Below are positions 19,592 through 29,526 of a stretch of DNA of 64,000 nucleotides, piece after piece; position 1 is the stretch's first letter, and each line of letters opens with the position of its first letter. The position numbers and the translations under genes were made by a program. The notes beneath the pieces are model-generated. The model was not told the DNA's origin, ran no database searches, and saw only the letters and a list, made by a program, of their open reading frames with translations. This stretch comes from a virus: the IMG/VR virus record IMGVR_UViG_3300035523_000117, positions 11,680-75,679 of that record, one strand, 5' to 3'.

Positions 19592-21292
19592 GTGCTTCCC
19601 AAGATCACCCAGGTCATCCAGGACGGCTCGCTCGGCATCGTCCCGCCCTCGCCGGCGGGCGTCGTCGCGAAGGTCGGCGTCTGCAGCTCGGGCTCGGCGA
19701 ACACGGTCCAGGCGTTCTCTGGCCCAAGCGTGAAGGTCATCAAGGACGCGCTCGGGACCGGTCCCCTCGCCGAGGCGGCGGCGCACTCGCTCGAGATCGC
19801 GGGCGGGCCGGTGATGACCGTGCCGGTCAGTCCGAGCGTGCCGGGCGCCGCTGGGACGGTCACGCACGTTGGCGCGGGAACGTCGGTCCTCTCCGTCAGC
19901 GGAGAGCCGAAGGATGCCTATGAGGTGGAGCTCCGGATCACCCGGAAGGCGTCCGGCCTCGCGGCAGCGAGTGCGGCATTCGTCTTCTCGCTCGATGGCG
20001 GAGACACGTTCTCGCCGGAGATCGCAGTGCCGGTGAGCGGGATCTACGTCCTGCCGAACACCGGGCTGACCATCACCTTTACGGACGGCTCGTTCGTGAA
20101 GGACGCCTCCTACACCTTCGACTGTCTCGCGCCGAGCTACACCACCACCGACCTGGCGACGACCATCGACGCGCTGTTGGCAGACCCGAGGAAGTTCGGC
20201 TGTCTGCACGTCGTGGGCGCTCCCGCGCCGTCGGCCACGAAGGTGACCGGGACCGGCACGAGCCCGGCGATGAAGCTCACCGGCTCGCCCGCAGCCTGGA
20301 TCGACGGAGTGGTGGTCATCACCGCTGCGGGCGTGCTCGGGGCGGGCAAGTTCAAGGTGAGCCTCGACGGCGGGGCGAACTTCGGGTCCGAGAAGGTGCT
20401 GGCCGCTGCGTACGCCGTCCCGGACACGGGACTGACCCTCAACTTCCCGGCCGGCACCTACAACCAGGGCGACGCCTTCACCTTCAACACCTACGCCTCC
20501 ATCCCGGCGTTCTTCGCCACGGTGGACGCGAAGATGTCCGCGGCCGAGAACATCTACAAGTACGCCTTCGCGGTGCTCGAGGCGCCGGACGCGCCCGACG
20601 CCATCCTGCTCAAGGCCACCGCCAACCTCGCGAGCACGCGAGTCATGTTCGCGGGCGGGTATTGCGAGCTTACCTCGAGCCTCTCGATCGTCGGGGGCAA
20701 GACCTACAAGCGCAGCGACGCCTGGCCGATCACCGCACGCATCGCCGAGGCGCCCATCCACGAGGACCTCGGCCGCTACCGGAGCGGCTCGCTCCCGGGC
20801 GTGGTGGCGCTGTACCGCGACGAGTACGTGACCCCGGGCCTGGCCTCCGCCCGCTTCGAAACCCTGCGGACCATCCCGGACGCGCCCGGGTACTACATCG
20901 CGAGCGACACGGGCGGGAACATGATGGCGCCGCTCGGGAGCGACTACGCCTTCGTCCAGAATCGTCGCGTGATGGACGAGGCCTGCCGGGTCAACCGGGT
21001 GGCGATGCTGCGCTACCTCAACGAAGACCTCCTGGTCGATCCCAAGACGGGATTCATCCTCGAGACTGAGGCGCGGCGCATCGAGGCGGACGTCAACGCC
21101 CAGCTCGAGGCCGCGCTCGTCTTCGGCGCCTCGCGCCACGCCTCGGCAGTGCAGACCCGGGTGAAGCGCGACGAGAACATCCTCTCGACGCACAACCTGA
21201 CGACCAGCGTCAGCGTCACCCCGAAGTCCTACGCGAAGACGATCACCACCACGATCGGCTTCCGCAACCCGGCCATCGCCAAGGCGGCGTAG
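19592..21292 (+). CDS. Contractile tail sheath protein (DUF2586-like)
   Basis: LG.GPLAEAA, SDY..VQNRRVMD.A.R, DENILST..L motifs; 566 aa. Confidence 0.85.
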   Translation: MLPKITQVIQDGSLGIVPPSPAGVVAKVGVCSSGSANTVQAFSGPSVKVIKDALGTGPLAEAAAHSLEIAGGPVMTVPVSPSVPGAAGTVTHVGAGTSVLSVSGEPKDAYEVELRITRKASGLAAASAAFVFSLDGGDTFSPEIAVPVSGIYVLPNTGLTITFTDGSFVKDASYTFDCLAPSYTTTDLATTIDALLADPRKFGCLHVVGAPAPSATKVTGTGTSPAMKLTGSPAAWIDGVVVITAAGVLGAGKFKVSLDGGANFGSEKVLAAAYAVPDTGLTLNFPAGTYNQGDAFTFNTYASIPAFFATVDAKMSAAENIYKYAFAVLEAPDAPDAILLKATANLASTRVMFAGGYCELTSSLSIVGGKTYKRSDAWPITARIAEAPIHEDLGRYRSGSLPGVVALYRDEYVTPGLASARFETLRTIPDAPGYYIASDTGGNMMAPLGSDYAFVQNRRVMDEACRVNRVAMLRYLNEDLLVDPKTGFILETEARRIEADVNAQLEAALVFGASRHASAVQTRVKRDENILSTHNLTTSVSVTPKSYAKTITTTIGFRNPAIAKAA

Positions 21293-21359
21293 CCGGCGGC
21301 AGCTGCTGAACAGCGGGCCATCCAGGCTCGCGATGTCCCCACAGACGGAGGTGTACCCA

Positions 21360-21677
21360 ATGAAGCTCCACTTCATCGCGGTGGTCGTGTGCGCGGCGGT
21401 CGCCCTGCAGGGGTGCAGCCTGCTGGGCATCGAGACCTGCGGCCTGGGCGCGACCCGGTGCCACGGCGACACGGTGCAGACCTGCAAGACCGGGCTCGGC
21501 TGGACCGACTCGGCCGAGTGCAGGGACGTGGCGACCGCCGAGGGCGGCGCCTGGACCTGCGGCACGCCGAAGGGCGTCTGCGGCGACGTGCACCAGTGCA
21601 TGCCGGTCCTGGAGAAGAGCGAGCCGGCGGCCCCGGCCCCGAAGCTGCTCCCGATGCCGGAGAAGAAGTCGAAGTAG
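21360..21677 (+). CDS. Cys-rich lipoprotein
   Basis: GGAGG RBS, LQG-C lipobox, 6-7 further Cys, Pro/Lys tail. Confidence 0.7.
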   Translation: MKLHFIAVVVCAAVALQGCSLLGIETCGLGATRCHGDTVQTCKTGLGWTDSAECRDVATAEGGAWTCGTPKGVCGDVHQCMPVLEKSEPAAPAPKLLPMPEKKSK

Positions 21678-21754
21678 GTCGCCGCAGTCCCTCGCGCTCG
21701 CCCGGTCGGCCAGGTGGCCGGGCGGGCGCCCCTTACCGTTCGCTGGAGCCAACC

Positions 21755-22183
21755 GTGTACGAGGACGATCCCCAGAGCGTCGTGAAGGCGCTGCAGGCCG
21801 AGAACGCTCGCGAGATCGAGCGGCTGCGCCACTCCGAGATTCCGCAGCATCTCGGCATGGCGGTCGCGGGCCGGGTGCTCGCAGCCGACCTTCCGAGCGC
21901 GCTCATGGCGCAGATCCAGAAGGATCTCGACTCGGGCGACCTCAACCAGCGGTGGCTCCGCTCGATGGAGTGCATCGGGGCCGAGGGTCAGGCCGTGGTC
22001 GCCGTAGTGGGCAGCCTCATGGCCGAGATTGCGCGGGCAGCCGCCACGTACGTCGCCCGTCGGGCCGAGGAGTGGGAAGCCGGGGCGCAGCAGCTCGACG
22101 GCCGGGCCTCGGCGCTCGAGGCCCAGTCGGCGCGCCTCGAGGAAGTGCGGAAGGCCGTGGTGCGCGCCGCCCGGGCGCAGTGA
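21755..22183 (+). CDS. Hypothetical coiled-coil protein
   Basis: GTG start after GGAG; GC3-rich codons; helical Ala/Glu-rich sequence. Confidence 0.5.
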   Translation: MYEDDPQSVVKALQAENAREIERLRHSEIPQHLGMAVAGRVLAADLPSALMAQIQKDLDSGDLNQRWLRSMECIGAEGQAVVAVVGSLMAEIARAAATYVARRAEEWEAGAQQLDGRASALEAQSARLEEVRKAVVRAARAQ

Positions 22184-22194
22184 GGAGTGCCGCG

Positions 22195-22635
22195 ATGGAC
22201 TACCCACAGATCAACGGCATCGCCTACGGCTGGGCAGAGGTCGTCCTCAACGTCGCGGGGCTGAGCGTCCGCGGCGTCAAGGGCATCAACTACTCGGAGA
22301 GCGTCGAGCGTGGGAAGGTCCGCGGCACCAGCCAGCGAAAGCTCGCGCTCACCAGCGGTGAGCACGATGCCGAGGGCGACCTCGAGCTCTACATGGCCGA
22401 CTGGTACGACCTGCTCATCGCCCTGGGCGACGGGTACATGACCGTGCCGTTCGCCATCTCGGTCAGCTACACCAACCTCAACGACTTCCACACCGACGAG
22501 CTGGTGGGCGTGCGCATCAAGAAGGTCGGCAACGCGCACGCGCAGGGGAACGAGCCCCTCACCATCAAGCTCGACCTCGACATCATGCGGCTCAAGCGTG
22601 ACGGCCTGGACGGCATCGGCTCCGGGACGCTGTAG
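22195..22635 (+). CDS. Tail tube protein
   Basis: 146 aa; ING.AY.W, I.Y.E..E, G.H.AEG.L.L beta-rich pattern; after sheath. Confidence 0.8.
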   Translation: MDYPQINGIAYGWAEVVLNVAGLSVRGVKGINYSESVERGKVRGTSQRKLALTSGEHDAEGDLELYMADWYDLLIALGDGYMTVPFAISVSYTNLNDFHTDELVGVRIKKVGNAHAQGNEPLTIKLDLDIMRLKRDGLDGIGSGTL

Positions 22636-22665
22636 CTCCACCCCCAAACCTGAGAGGCACCCGCC

Positions 22666-22992
22666 GTGACCCACGAACTGGATTCCAAGGTTGTCGAGGA
22701 GCTGAAGGCCAAGCACGGCGACGTCTACATCCTCACCGCCGACGAGGCGGGCGTGCAGGTCGTCTGCAAGCGCCCGAGCCGGCCCATCTACCGGAGGTTC
22801 CGCGACCAGCGCTCGGATCCGAACAAGCGGTCGATGGCGTTCGAGGACCTGTTCCTCTCGTGCCTCGTCCACCCGGCGCCCAAGGAGTTCGACCGCGTCC
22901 TCGACGAGATGCCCGCGCTCGCGGACACGTTCGGCGTCGCCCTCTGGGACAAGGTCACCGGCGCGGAGGACGCCTCGGTAAAAAAAGCGTAG
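22666..22992 (+). CDS. Tail assembly chaperone
   Basis: VEELKAKHG, V..RPSR..Y.RF; between tube and tape measure; ends in A7 slippery run. Confidence 0.75.
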   Translation: MTHELDSKVVEELKAKHGDVYILTADEAGVQVVCKRPSRPIYRRFRDQRSDPNKRSMAFEDLFLSCLVHPAPKEFDRVLDEMPALADTFGVALWDKVTGAEDASVKKA

Positions 22993-23138
22993 AGCGGGCG
23001 CGTGCCGACCTTGAGTACGCCGCCGACTGCCTGACCGATTTCGTGCGCGGCTTCGAGACGGAGCGCTCGGAAACTGGGGCGCTGCTCGTGGCGGAGTTCA
23101 TGCTGCTGGTATCAGCGTTTCTTCGCCCGAAGACATGA
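22980..23138 (+). other. -1 programmed frameshift site (A AAA AAA) and extended chaperone (gpGT-like) frame
   Basis: gta aaa aaa gcg tag; the -1 frame stays open (KSVERARADLEY...) to 23138. Confidence 0.6.
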
Positions 23139-23140
23139 CG

Positions 23141-23746
23141 CTACCAGCCACCATCGATCCGCTCGACGCAGTAGCCGAGGAGACAATCCTGCTGCGCTCC
23201 GCACCCAGCGTCGCCACACGCGACCGCGGCCGACTTGCAGGGAGGAAAATCATCGGTGCCTGATACGCCGCCCGCTCGGCAGGCAGGAGCGAAGCAACGG
23301 TCACTCGCCTCGCAGCTTTCTTTCAGGCTGAGCGGTCGGGTCGGTACGCAATACTCCTTAACGCACTCGGTACCGACCGAGCAGGCCTCTGATGGGGTGC
23401 AGCGGCGACAGAGAGAAGATGGCAAGCAGGTTCCACCGCTGCATCTAACTTCTGCCTGGCCGACAGCGCCACACGCCCCGACGCTGCCGCACGCCTCGAT
23501 TTGCGCGCAGTCGGAGTCCTGCACGCAGGCTGCGGCAACGCAGAGGGTCTCAAGGTCACAAGGAACGACCTCAGAGGACAAACCGTTGTGGAACCAGCCG
23601 TCGCAGTACGCGCTCTCCGAACGAAGGCACATCCCTCCATCGAGGACGCTGCGGCTGACGACGGGACCATCAGGGGAGCAGCACGGCACGCACGCGGGTA
23701 GCGCGCACAGGATGACGGCAGCGTAGTTCCGGAACCTGGCCCCCAT
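23141..23746 (-). CDS. Cys-rich exported protein/lipoprotein moron on the opposite strand
   Basis: Hydrophobic N-terminus with LPA-C; more than 20 Cys in 201 aa; lower GC. Confidence 0.65.
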   Translation of the reverse strand: MGARFRNYAAVILCALPACVPCCSPDGPVVSRSVLDGGMCLRSESAYCDGWFHNGLSSEVVPCDLETLCVAAACVQDSDCAQIEACGSVGACGAVGQAEVRCSGGTCLPSSLCRRCTPSEACSVGTECVKEYCVPTRPLSLKESCEASDRCFAPACRAGGVSGTDDFPPCKSAAVACGDAGCGAQQDCLLGYCVERIDGGW

Positions 23747-23786
23747 AGGCGAAGTATACGCTCCGTGAACTTGGGGCATCGTCTTC

Positions 23787-25667
23787 ATGTCCACCAAGAA
23801 GCTCGAGTGGCTCTTTGGCCTCGACGACAAGATGTCCGGGCCGGCGTCGGTCGCGGAGAAGAAGCTCGAGCTGCTCGAGCGGCGCATCAAGTCCGTGGCC
23901 AAGGCCGAGGCGGAGATGTCCGGCCCGAAGAAGGAGCGCCTGACCTTCGCCCGCCTCAACCTCGAGATCCAGCGGGACCAGCTTCGCAGCGCGGGCAAGC
24001 ACGACGGCGAGCCGGAGGGCTTCCGCTCCCACGCGATGGTGAGAAGGTGAAAGGCCCTGGTCGACGGAACAAAGAAGCTCGTCGCAGGAGCGACGTCCTG
24101 GGTGGGGCTCCTCGACCGTGGCCTGGGCATCGTCGAGAAGGTGGCCGGCGCAGCGATCGCCATCGGCGAGGCCTTCTTCCACGTCGCCGCGCAAGTCGGG
24201 CACCTCATCTACCGGTTCGGCGAGCTCGGCGTGGAGGCGGCCGCGGCCAAGGAGAACGCCGTCCTCACCTTCAAGGCGCTCCTCGGGAGCGCCGAGGCTG
24301 CGGAGGCGATGGTGGACGCCCTCGAACGCCTCTCCTACGTGTCGCCGTTCACCTCGGATTCAAGAGGTGGGGCTCGGGCGAAAGCTCATCGCCGGAGGCT
24401 TCGGCGCAGAGCAAGTGCCCACCCTCCTGCGCGCCCTCGGCGACGCTGCAGCTGCCACCGGCGCTGGCTTCGAGAAGGCCGACGAGGCGGTGGGCGCCCT
24501 GAGGCGCATCCGTGCGGAGGGTTCCCTCAGCACCAAGACGCTTCGCGCGCTCAGCGCCGCGGGCGTGCCAACGGGCGCGGTCTACGAGCGGCTGGGCGAA
24601 GTCTTCGGCGTCACCGCGCAGCAGGCGCGCGAGCTCGTGAAGGCGGGCAAGGTCGACTCGTCCAACGCGCTCTTCGCGATCGTCGGCGCTGTGAAGGACA
24701 AGCGGTCAGGAGGAGCGCTGGGCGACGCGGCGCAGCGGTACGCGACCGAGACGCTCTCGGGCCTCAAGAAGAGCATCGCGGACAAGAAGGAGGAGCTGTT
24801 CGCCGACATCTTCAAGTCGGTGGGCTTCGGGTCGTTCAAGAGCTTCCTGAAGAACGTCAGCGAGGCGCTCGACCCCGAGAACCCCATCGGCAAGCGCATC
24901 CGCGAGCGCGTGACGAGCACCTTCAACCGCATCTTCACCGCCCTTTTCGGCCCGCTCACTGGCGACCAGGGGCTGGAGCGCATCGAGAAGGTCGTCAACA
25001 AGGTGCTCTTCGCCATCGACGCGCTGGTGGCGGCCGGGGCGGGTCCTCTGGAACGTGTTCGAGGGCTTCAGCACCGGGGTCCTTCGCGCCTTCGGGCTCG
25101 ACGTCGACCGCCTCCTCGGCGCCGACGGCGCGCTCGACCCAGCGAACATCGAGGCGATCGTCGGCGCCGCGCACGACCTGGGCGAACAGTTCGGCTACAT
25201 CGCCACCAAGGTCGAGCTTGCGATGGACTGGGTCCTTGGCTTTTCGCGGGCAATCGACGGTGCGATGGACGTCGGTGGTGCCCTCGGGAAGCTCGTGGGA
25301 TGGGGAAGCCGGATGGTGGGGCTACCAAGCGAGGACGAGGACGACGCCCTCCGGATGCGGACCTACAAGGACTGGAAGCTCTACCAGGCGCGGACAGGCG
25401 AGCAGATCCCGCTCGGCGACTTCATCCCACGGCTTCGCGAGCGGGAAGATCCGGATGCCAGTGCCGCAGCCGGCTGTGAGAGCCCAGGACCTGGCCAAAG
25501 GAACGCGCGCTCGGGTCTTCAGCCCCACGGTGGAGAACCACATCAACGTCCAGGGCAGCGGACCGGTGGACCCCGAGGCGATCGGCGAGGCCGCGGGCGA
25601 CGCGACGCTGGACTCGCTCAGCACCTGGGAAGACACCTCGATGGCCATGGGCGCCACCGACGGGTAG
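23787..25667 (+). CDS. Tail tape measure protein (~620 aa), split by several frameshifts (~24050, 24360, 25041, 25446)
   Basis: Ala-rich helical protein; LLGSAEAAEAM...SPFT, LL.ALGDAAAA tape-measure motifs; position after chaperone. Confidence 0.75.
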
Positions 25668-25670
25668 CCA

Positions 25671-26252
25671 ATGACCTCGAAAGCGTGGGGAACGGCAGGC
25701 ACCGACTCGACGCCGCAGCTCGGTGCCTGGGACATGGTCGACGTGGCCGGCGTGGCACTCCCCGGGCTCGCGAAGGTCAGCGGGCCCGGGGTCGAGCATG
25801 CGATCGACGTGAAGAAGTCCCCGGGGAAGAACGGTGCGACCATCACGGACCTCGGGCGCTCGCTGGGCCGGTTCACGATCACATTGGTCCTGTGGTCGGC
25901 CGCGCAGTGGGACGAGTTCATTCAGCGGCGCGGGATGCTCCAGCCCCTTTCCCGCGCCGGGCAGCTCCAGGCGCTGAAGGTGCGGCACCCCGCGATCAAC
26001 GCGCTCGGCATCGACAGCCTCTATTTCACCCGCGTCGGCGTACCGCACCCCGGGAGCGCCGTCGGCACCTACGAGGTTGAGCTCGAGTGCCTCGAGTTCC
26101 GACTCCCGCAGCAGACGAGCGCGGGCGGGGCGCAGACGCCGAAGAGGGACTTCACCACCCTCGACTCGAAGGCGCCCAACTTCGCGACCTCGGACGGGCG
26201 CCAGGTCCGAGTGAAGGCCACCGCCCCGAGCAACACCAACAAGGGTCCCTGA
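25671..26252 (+). CDS. Putative tail tube initiator/baseplate protein
   Basis: Position after tape measure; D.KK.PG..GA..T..G pattern. Confidence 0.55.
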   Translation: MTSKAWGTAGTDSTPQLGAWDMVDVAGVALPGLAKVSGPGVEHAIDVKKSPGKNGATITDLGRSLGRFTITLVLWSAAQWDEFIQRRGMLQPLSRAGQLQALKVRHPAINALGIDSLYFTRVGVPHPGSAVGTYEVELECLEFRLPQQTSAGGAQTPKRDFTTLDSKAPNFATSDGRQVRVKATAPSNTNKGP

Positions 26253-26259
26253 GCCAGCC

Positions 26260-27443
26260 ATGTCGCTCGTCACCGTGAACGGCACGCCCTGCGTGCGCGC
26301 CACCATCCGCATCCCGCGCCTCGGCGTATGGATTGCGGACCTCGCCGTGGATGTGGCGAAGACCATCTCCGGGCCCGTGACCGTCTCGGTCTGCGACGGG
26401 GCGCTGGAGTTGAAGGGCCGGGCGGCGCGCACGGGCGTCTTCAAGGACACGGCGGTCCTGCGCGTGCTCGGCGGTGCGGGAGGCCTGGCCTCCGAGGTGC
26501 CGGCCAAGTTCTACCGGCGCTGCCCGGCGAAGGTGCCGCTGCAGGACATCCTGCAGGCTGCCGGCGAGAAGCTCTCCACCCAGGCCGACCAGAGCCTGCT
26601 CAACCAGCAGCTCGTCGCGTGGACCCTGCTCAGGCAGAAGGCGGGCGAGGCACTGCGGACGCTCGCCGACGAGCTGGGCGCGGTGTGGCGGGTGCTGCCG
26701 GACGGGTACGATCTGGCTCGGCCAGGAGAGCTGGCCGGCGGCCCACATGCCGGACGTCGACCTGCTCTCGGAGGACCCGCGCGCGCACACCGCGGTCATC
26801 GGCACCGACTCGCCGACGCTCCTGCCCGGCACGATGTTCCTCGGCCGTCGCGTCTCGATGGTCGAGCACCAGGTGCAGCCCGAGAGCGTCCGCACGATGG
26901 TGTGGTTCGAGGGGGAGAGCGGCACCGGCGAGGGCGATCGCCTCACGCGGGCGGTCGGCGCGATAGTCCGCCACCTCACCGCGCACCTCGACTACTTCGC
27001 GCTCTACCCCGCGAAGCTCGTGAGCCAGAACTCGGACGGGACGCTCGAGCTGAAACCCGACGACAGCCGGCTGCCCGGGCTGTCGAAGGTTCCCATCCGG
27101 TACGGCATCCCGGGCGTGACCGTGAAGGTCGCCTCGGGGGGCGCGGGTGCTGCTGGGCTTCGAGGGCGGCGATCCCCAGGTGCCAGTCGCGACGCTCTGG
27201 GAGAAAGGCTCGGTCACGGAGATGACGATCGATGCCTCGACGGACATCAAGGTGAACGGCGGGAGCAAGGCCGTCGCACGCAAGGGCGACTCGGTCCACG
27301 CGGGCTTCCTCTCCGGGAAGGCCGAGAAGATTCCGGTCGTCTTCACGTACACCCCCTACGACCCCAACAGTCCTCCCGATCCCACAGCCACCCCGTTGAG
27401 CGGTGGGCAGATCACCTCGGGGGCAGAGAAGTTCCATGCGTGA
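26260..27443 (+). CDS. Baseplate hub fused to spike (OB-fold); +1 frameshifts near 26705 and 27140
   Basis: Reconstructed ~394 aa continuous protein: hub-like N-terminus, then YPAKLVSQ...VPIR...ARVLLGFEGGDP.VP (gp5/gpV OB-fold), then AVARKGD.V. Confidence 0.65.
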
Positions 27444-27813
27444 CCCTCCAGACTTCGGGACCGACGTCTCGACGTTCCCCGATCTCGATGACGCCTTCGC
27501 GCCGCTCAGCGGCATCGTGGTGCTCGCACAGTCGGTCGCGCGCTCGCTCGAGGACGCAGGCCGCGGCGTCGACCTCCGCCAGTGGCTCAACGAGAGCCTC
27601 GAGGACGCCGACGTCTTCCATCTGCAGCAGACGATCGAGGCGCAGTGCCTCGCCGATGAGCGGGTCCAGGGCGTGTCGGTTTCGGTGATGCAGCCCTCGC
27701 TCTACGAGCTGCGCATCGCCATCGACGTCGAGCCTGCCCAGCAGGGCCCCTTCCGTCTGGTCCTGAAGGTCACCTCCCTCACCGTCGAAGTGCTCTCACT
27801 CGAGGCCGCATGA
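27436..27813 (+). CDS. Baseplate wedge subunit (gp25/Mu gp46-like)
   Basis: G.DL..WL and C..DERV..V.V motifs; precedes baseplate J. Confidence 0.7.
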   Translation: MRDPPDFGTDVSTFPDLDDAFAPLSGIVVLAQSVARSLEDAGRGVDLRQWLNESLEDADVFHLQQTIEAQCLADERVQGVSVSVMQPSLYELRIAIDVEPAQQGPFRLVLKVTSLTVEVLSLEAA

Positions 27814-29523
27814 CCGTCTCGCTCTCCCAACTCCTTGTTGCCCGCTCTCCGGACGCGCTCCTGGCGCAGCTGGTCCAGGCGCTCAAGGGCGTCGGATTCG
27901 TGCGCCAGACAGGCACGGGCACCGGACGGGTGGAGGCCACGGGAGTGGCGCAGGGCAACTTCGCGGTCGTCGTCGAGATCACTGCCACTGGTGAGCCCGG
28001 GAGCGCGCAGTACCGAGTTAGCCTCAACGGCGGCGCGCTCTGGTCGGCCCCAGCTCCGGTGCCGGCAGCGCCGGTCGGGCTGCAGGGCACAGGAGTGACC
28101 ATCGCGTTCGTCGCCGGACCCGCCGGCGCGGGCGCCAGCTTCGTCGCGCTCGACCGGTTCGCCTTCTACGTCGCCACTCCGACCTTCGGGCAGACTGCGT
28201 GGCAGCCGTTCTCGTGGCAGCGCCGCATCCTCGAGCTGGAGGCTGAGGCAGGCGGCGACGTCGACGCATTGGTCTCGGGCATCGCTGCCGGGGGCTACCT
28301 CGACGAGGCATCCGCGGCGTGGCTCGACCTCTACTGCGACAACGTCTACGACGAGCGGCGCCACGAGGCTATCCAGGCGAAGGGCCTCTGCGTTCTCACT
28401 GACGCAGGGAACGGCGGCCCCTACTCCATCGCGGCGGGCCAGCTCTGGGTGGCGACCGGCGATGGCACGCTTCGGTTCGTGAACACCAACGCAGGCTCGC
28501 TACCCGAGGGCGGGTCCCTTGCGCTGGAGTTCGCCGCCGAGTCGCCGGGCGCAGCCTTCAACGTCGGCAACGGCGCCATCGCGCAACTCATCACGCCGTT
28601 GCCTGGGGTCACGGTCGCAAACCCCTCGCGCGTGGGCGGCGTGGTCCCGAGCCGCACAGGCGCGCCGAGGGTGGTGGCGTTCGCGTCGGGCTCGCTCCAG
28701 GGCGACTACCGGGTGCGCCTCGAGGTGACGACCAGCGGCGACCTGGGCGTGGCCGTGTTCCGGTACTCGCTCGACGGCGGGGCGAAGTGGACCGCCAGCG
28801 CGCAGCTCGTCCCTGCGAGCGGGCAGTATGTCCTCGGCACCACCGGGCTCTCGCTCAACTTCGCGGCGGGGGCCTACAAGGCGGGCGACCTCTACGACTT
28901 CGAGGCGACCGTCTCGTGGCTCTCCCAGGCGGGAGTTGACCGGGAGACCGACGAAGCGCTCCGGGTTGCGCTGCCGAAAGAAGTGGGCGAGCCTCGCCAT
29001 CGGGCGCACCAACGCGGGCTTCGAGTACTGGGCGCTCGAGGCGAGCGACCAGGTCACGCGGGCCTTCGCGCGGCAGAGCGCCACGGTGCCGGGTCTGGTC
29101 GAACTCTTCCTCGCAGGGGCGAGCGGGGGCGTCTCCGCAGCCATCGTCGCAGTGGTCGACGCCTACGTGCAGCCCCGAGTTCCGCTCACGACCTCGTGCA
29201 AGACGGCGGCGGCGAGGACGGTGACCGTGAGCGTCGCAGGGACGGTCTTCGTGCGCTCCGGGCTCCGGACGCAGGCCCAGGCGGCGGCGGAGGCGGCACT
29301 GGTCGAGTACATCGCCGCCGTGCCCATCGGCGGGGAGAAGGTCGGCAGCGCGGGCGTCGTGTCCCGCGAGGTTCTGGCGGCCTGCATCGCGCGGGGTTCG
29401 CCAGCCCACCGGGTCGATGGCGTGGTCGACCTCTCGCTGACGACCCCTGCGGCCGACATGGCGCTCGGCGCGACCGAAGTCCCCATCCTCGACGTGAGCA
29501 ACCTCACCTGGACCGAGGTGTGA
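27810..29523 (+). CDS. Baseplate J-like protein with inserted beta domains; +1 frameshift near 28965
   Basis: L.F.AE.PGAAFN, G.DRETDE.LR.RC, Y.YWAL, PG.V.L, V.AYV, GVVD motifs. Confidence 0.8.
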
Positions 29524-29526
29524 CGG

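Noticed and set aside
21360-22183. Canonical spanin pair
   Set aside because: The coiled-coil ORF lacks an N-terminal TM anchor and the gene order is reversed; kept only as a speculative finding.
10578-22207. Very long minus-strand ORFs (e.g. 10578-13715, 19400-22207, 28855-31590, 55741-57396) and alternative-frame Arg/Pro-rich ORFs
   Set aside because: Shadow ORFs of high-GC coding DNA: low-complexity Arg/Gly/Pro translations overlapping motif-bearing genes.
956-29523. Calling the split phage genes pseudogenes
   Set aside because: Nearly all breaks are single +1 insertions with full motif conservation on both sides, a pattern typical of read errors; kept as CDS pending read check.
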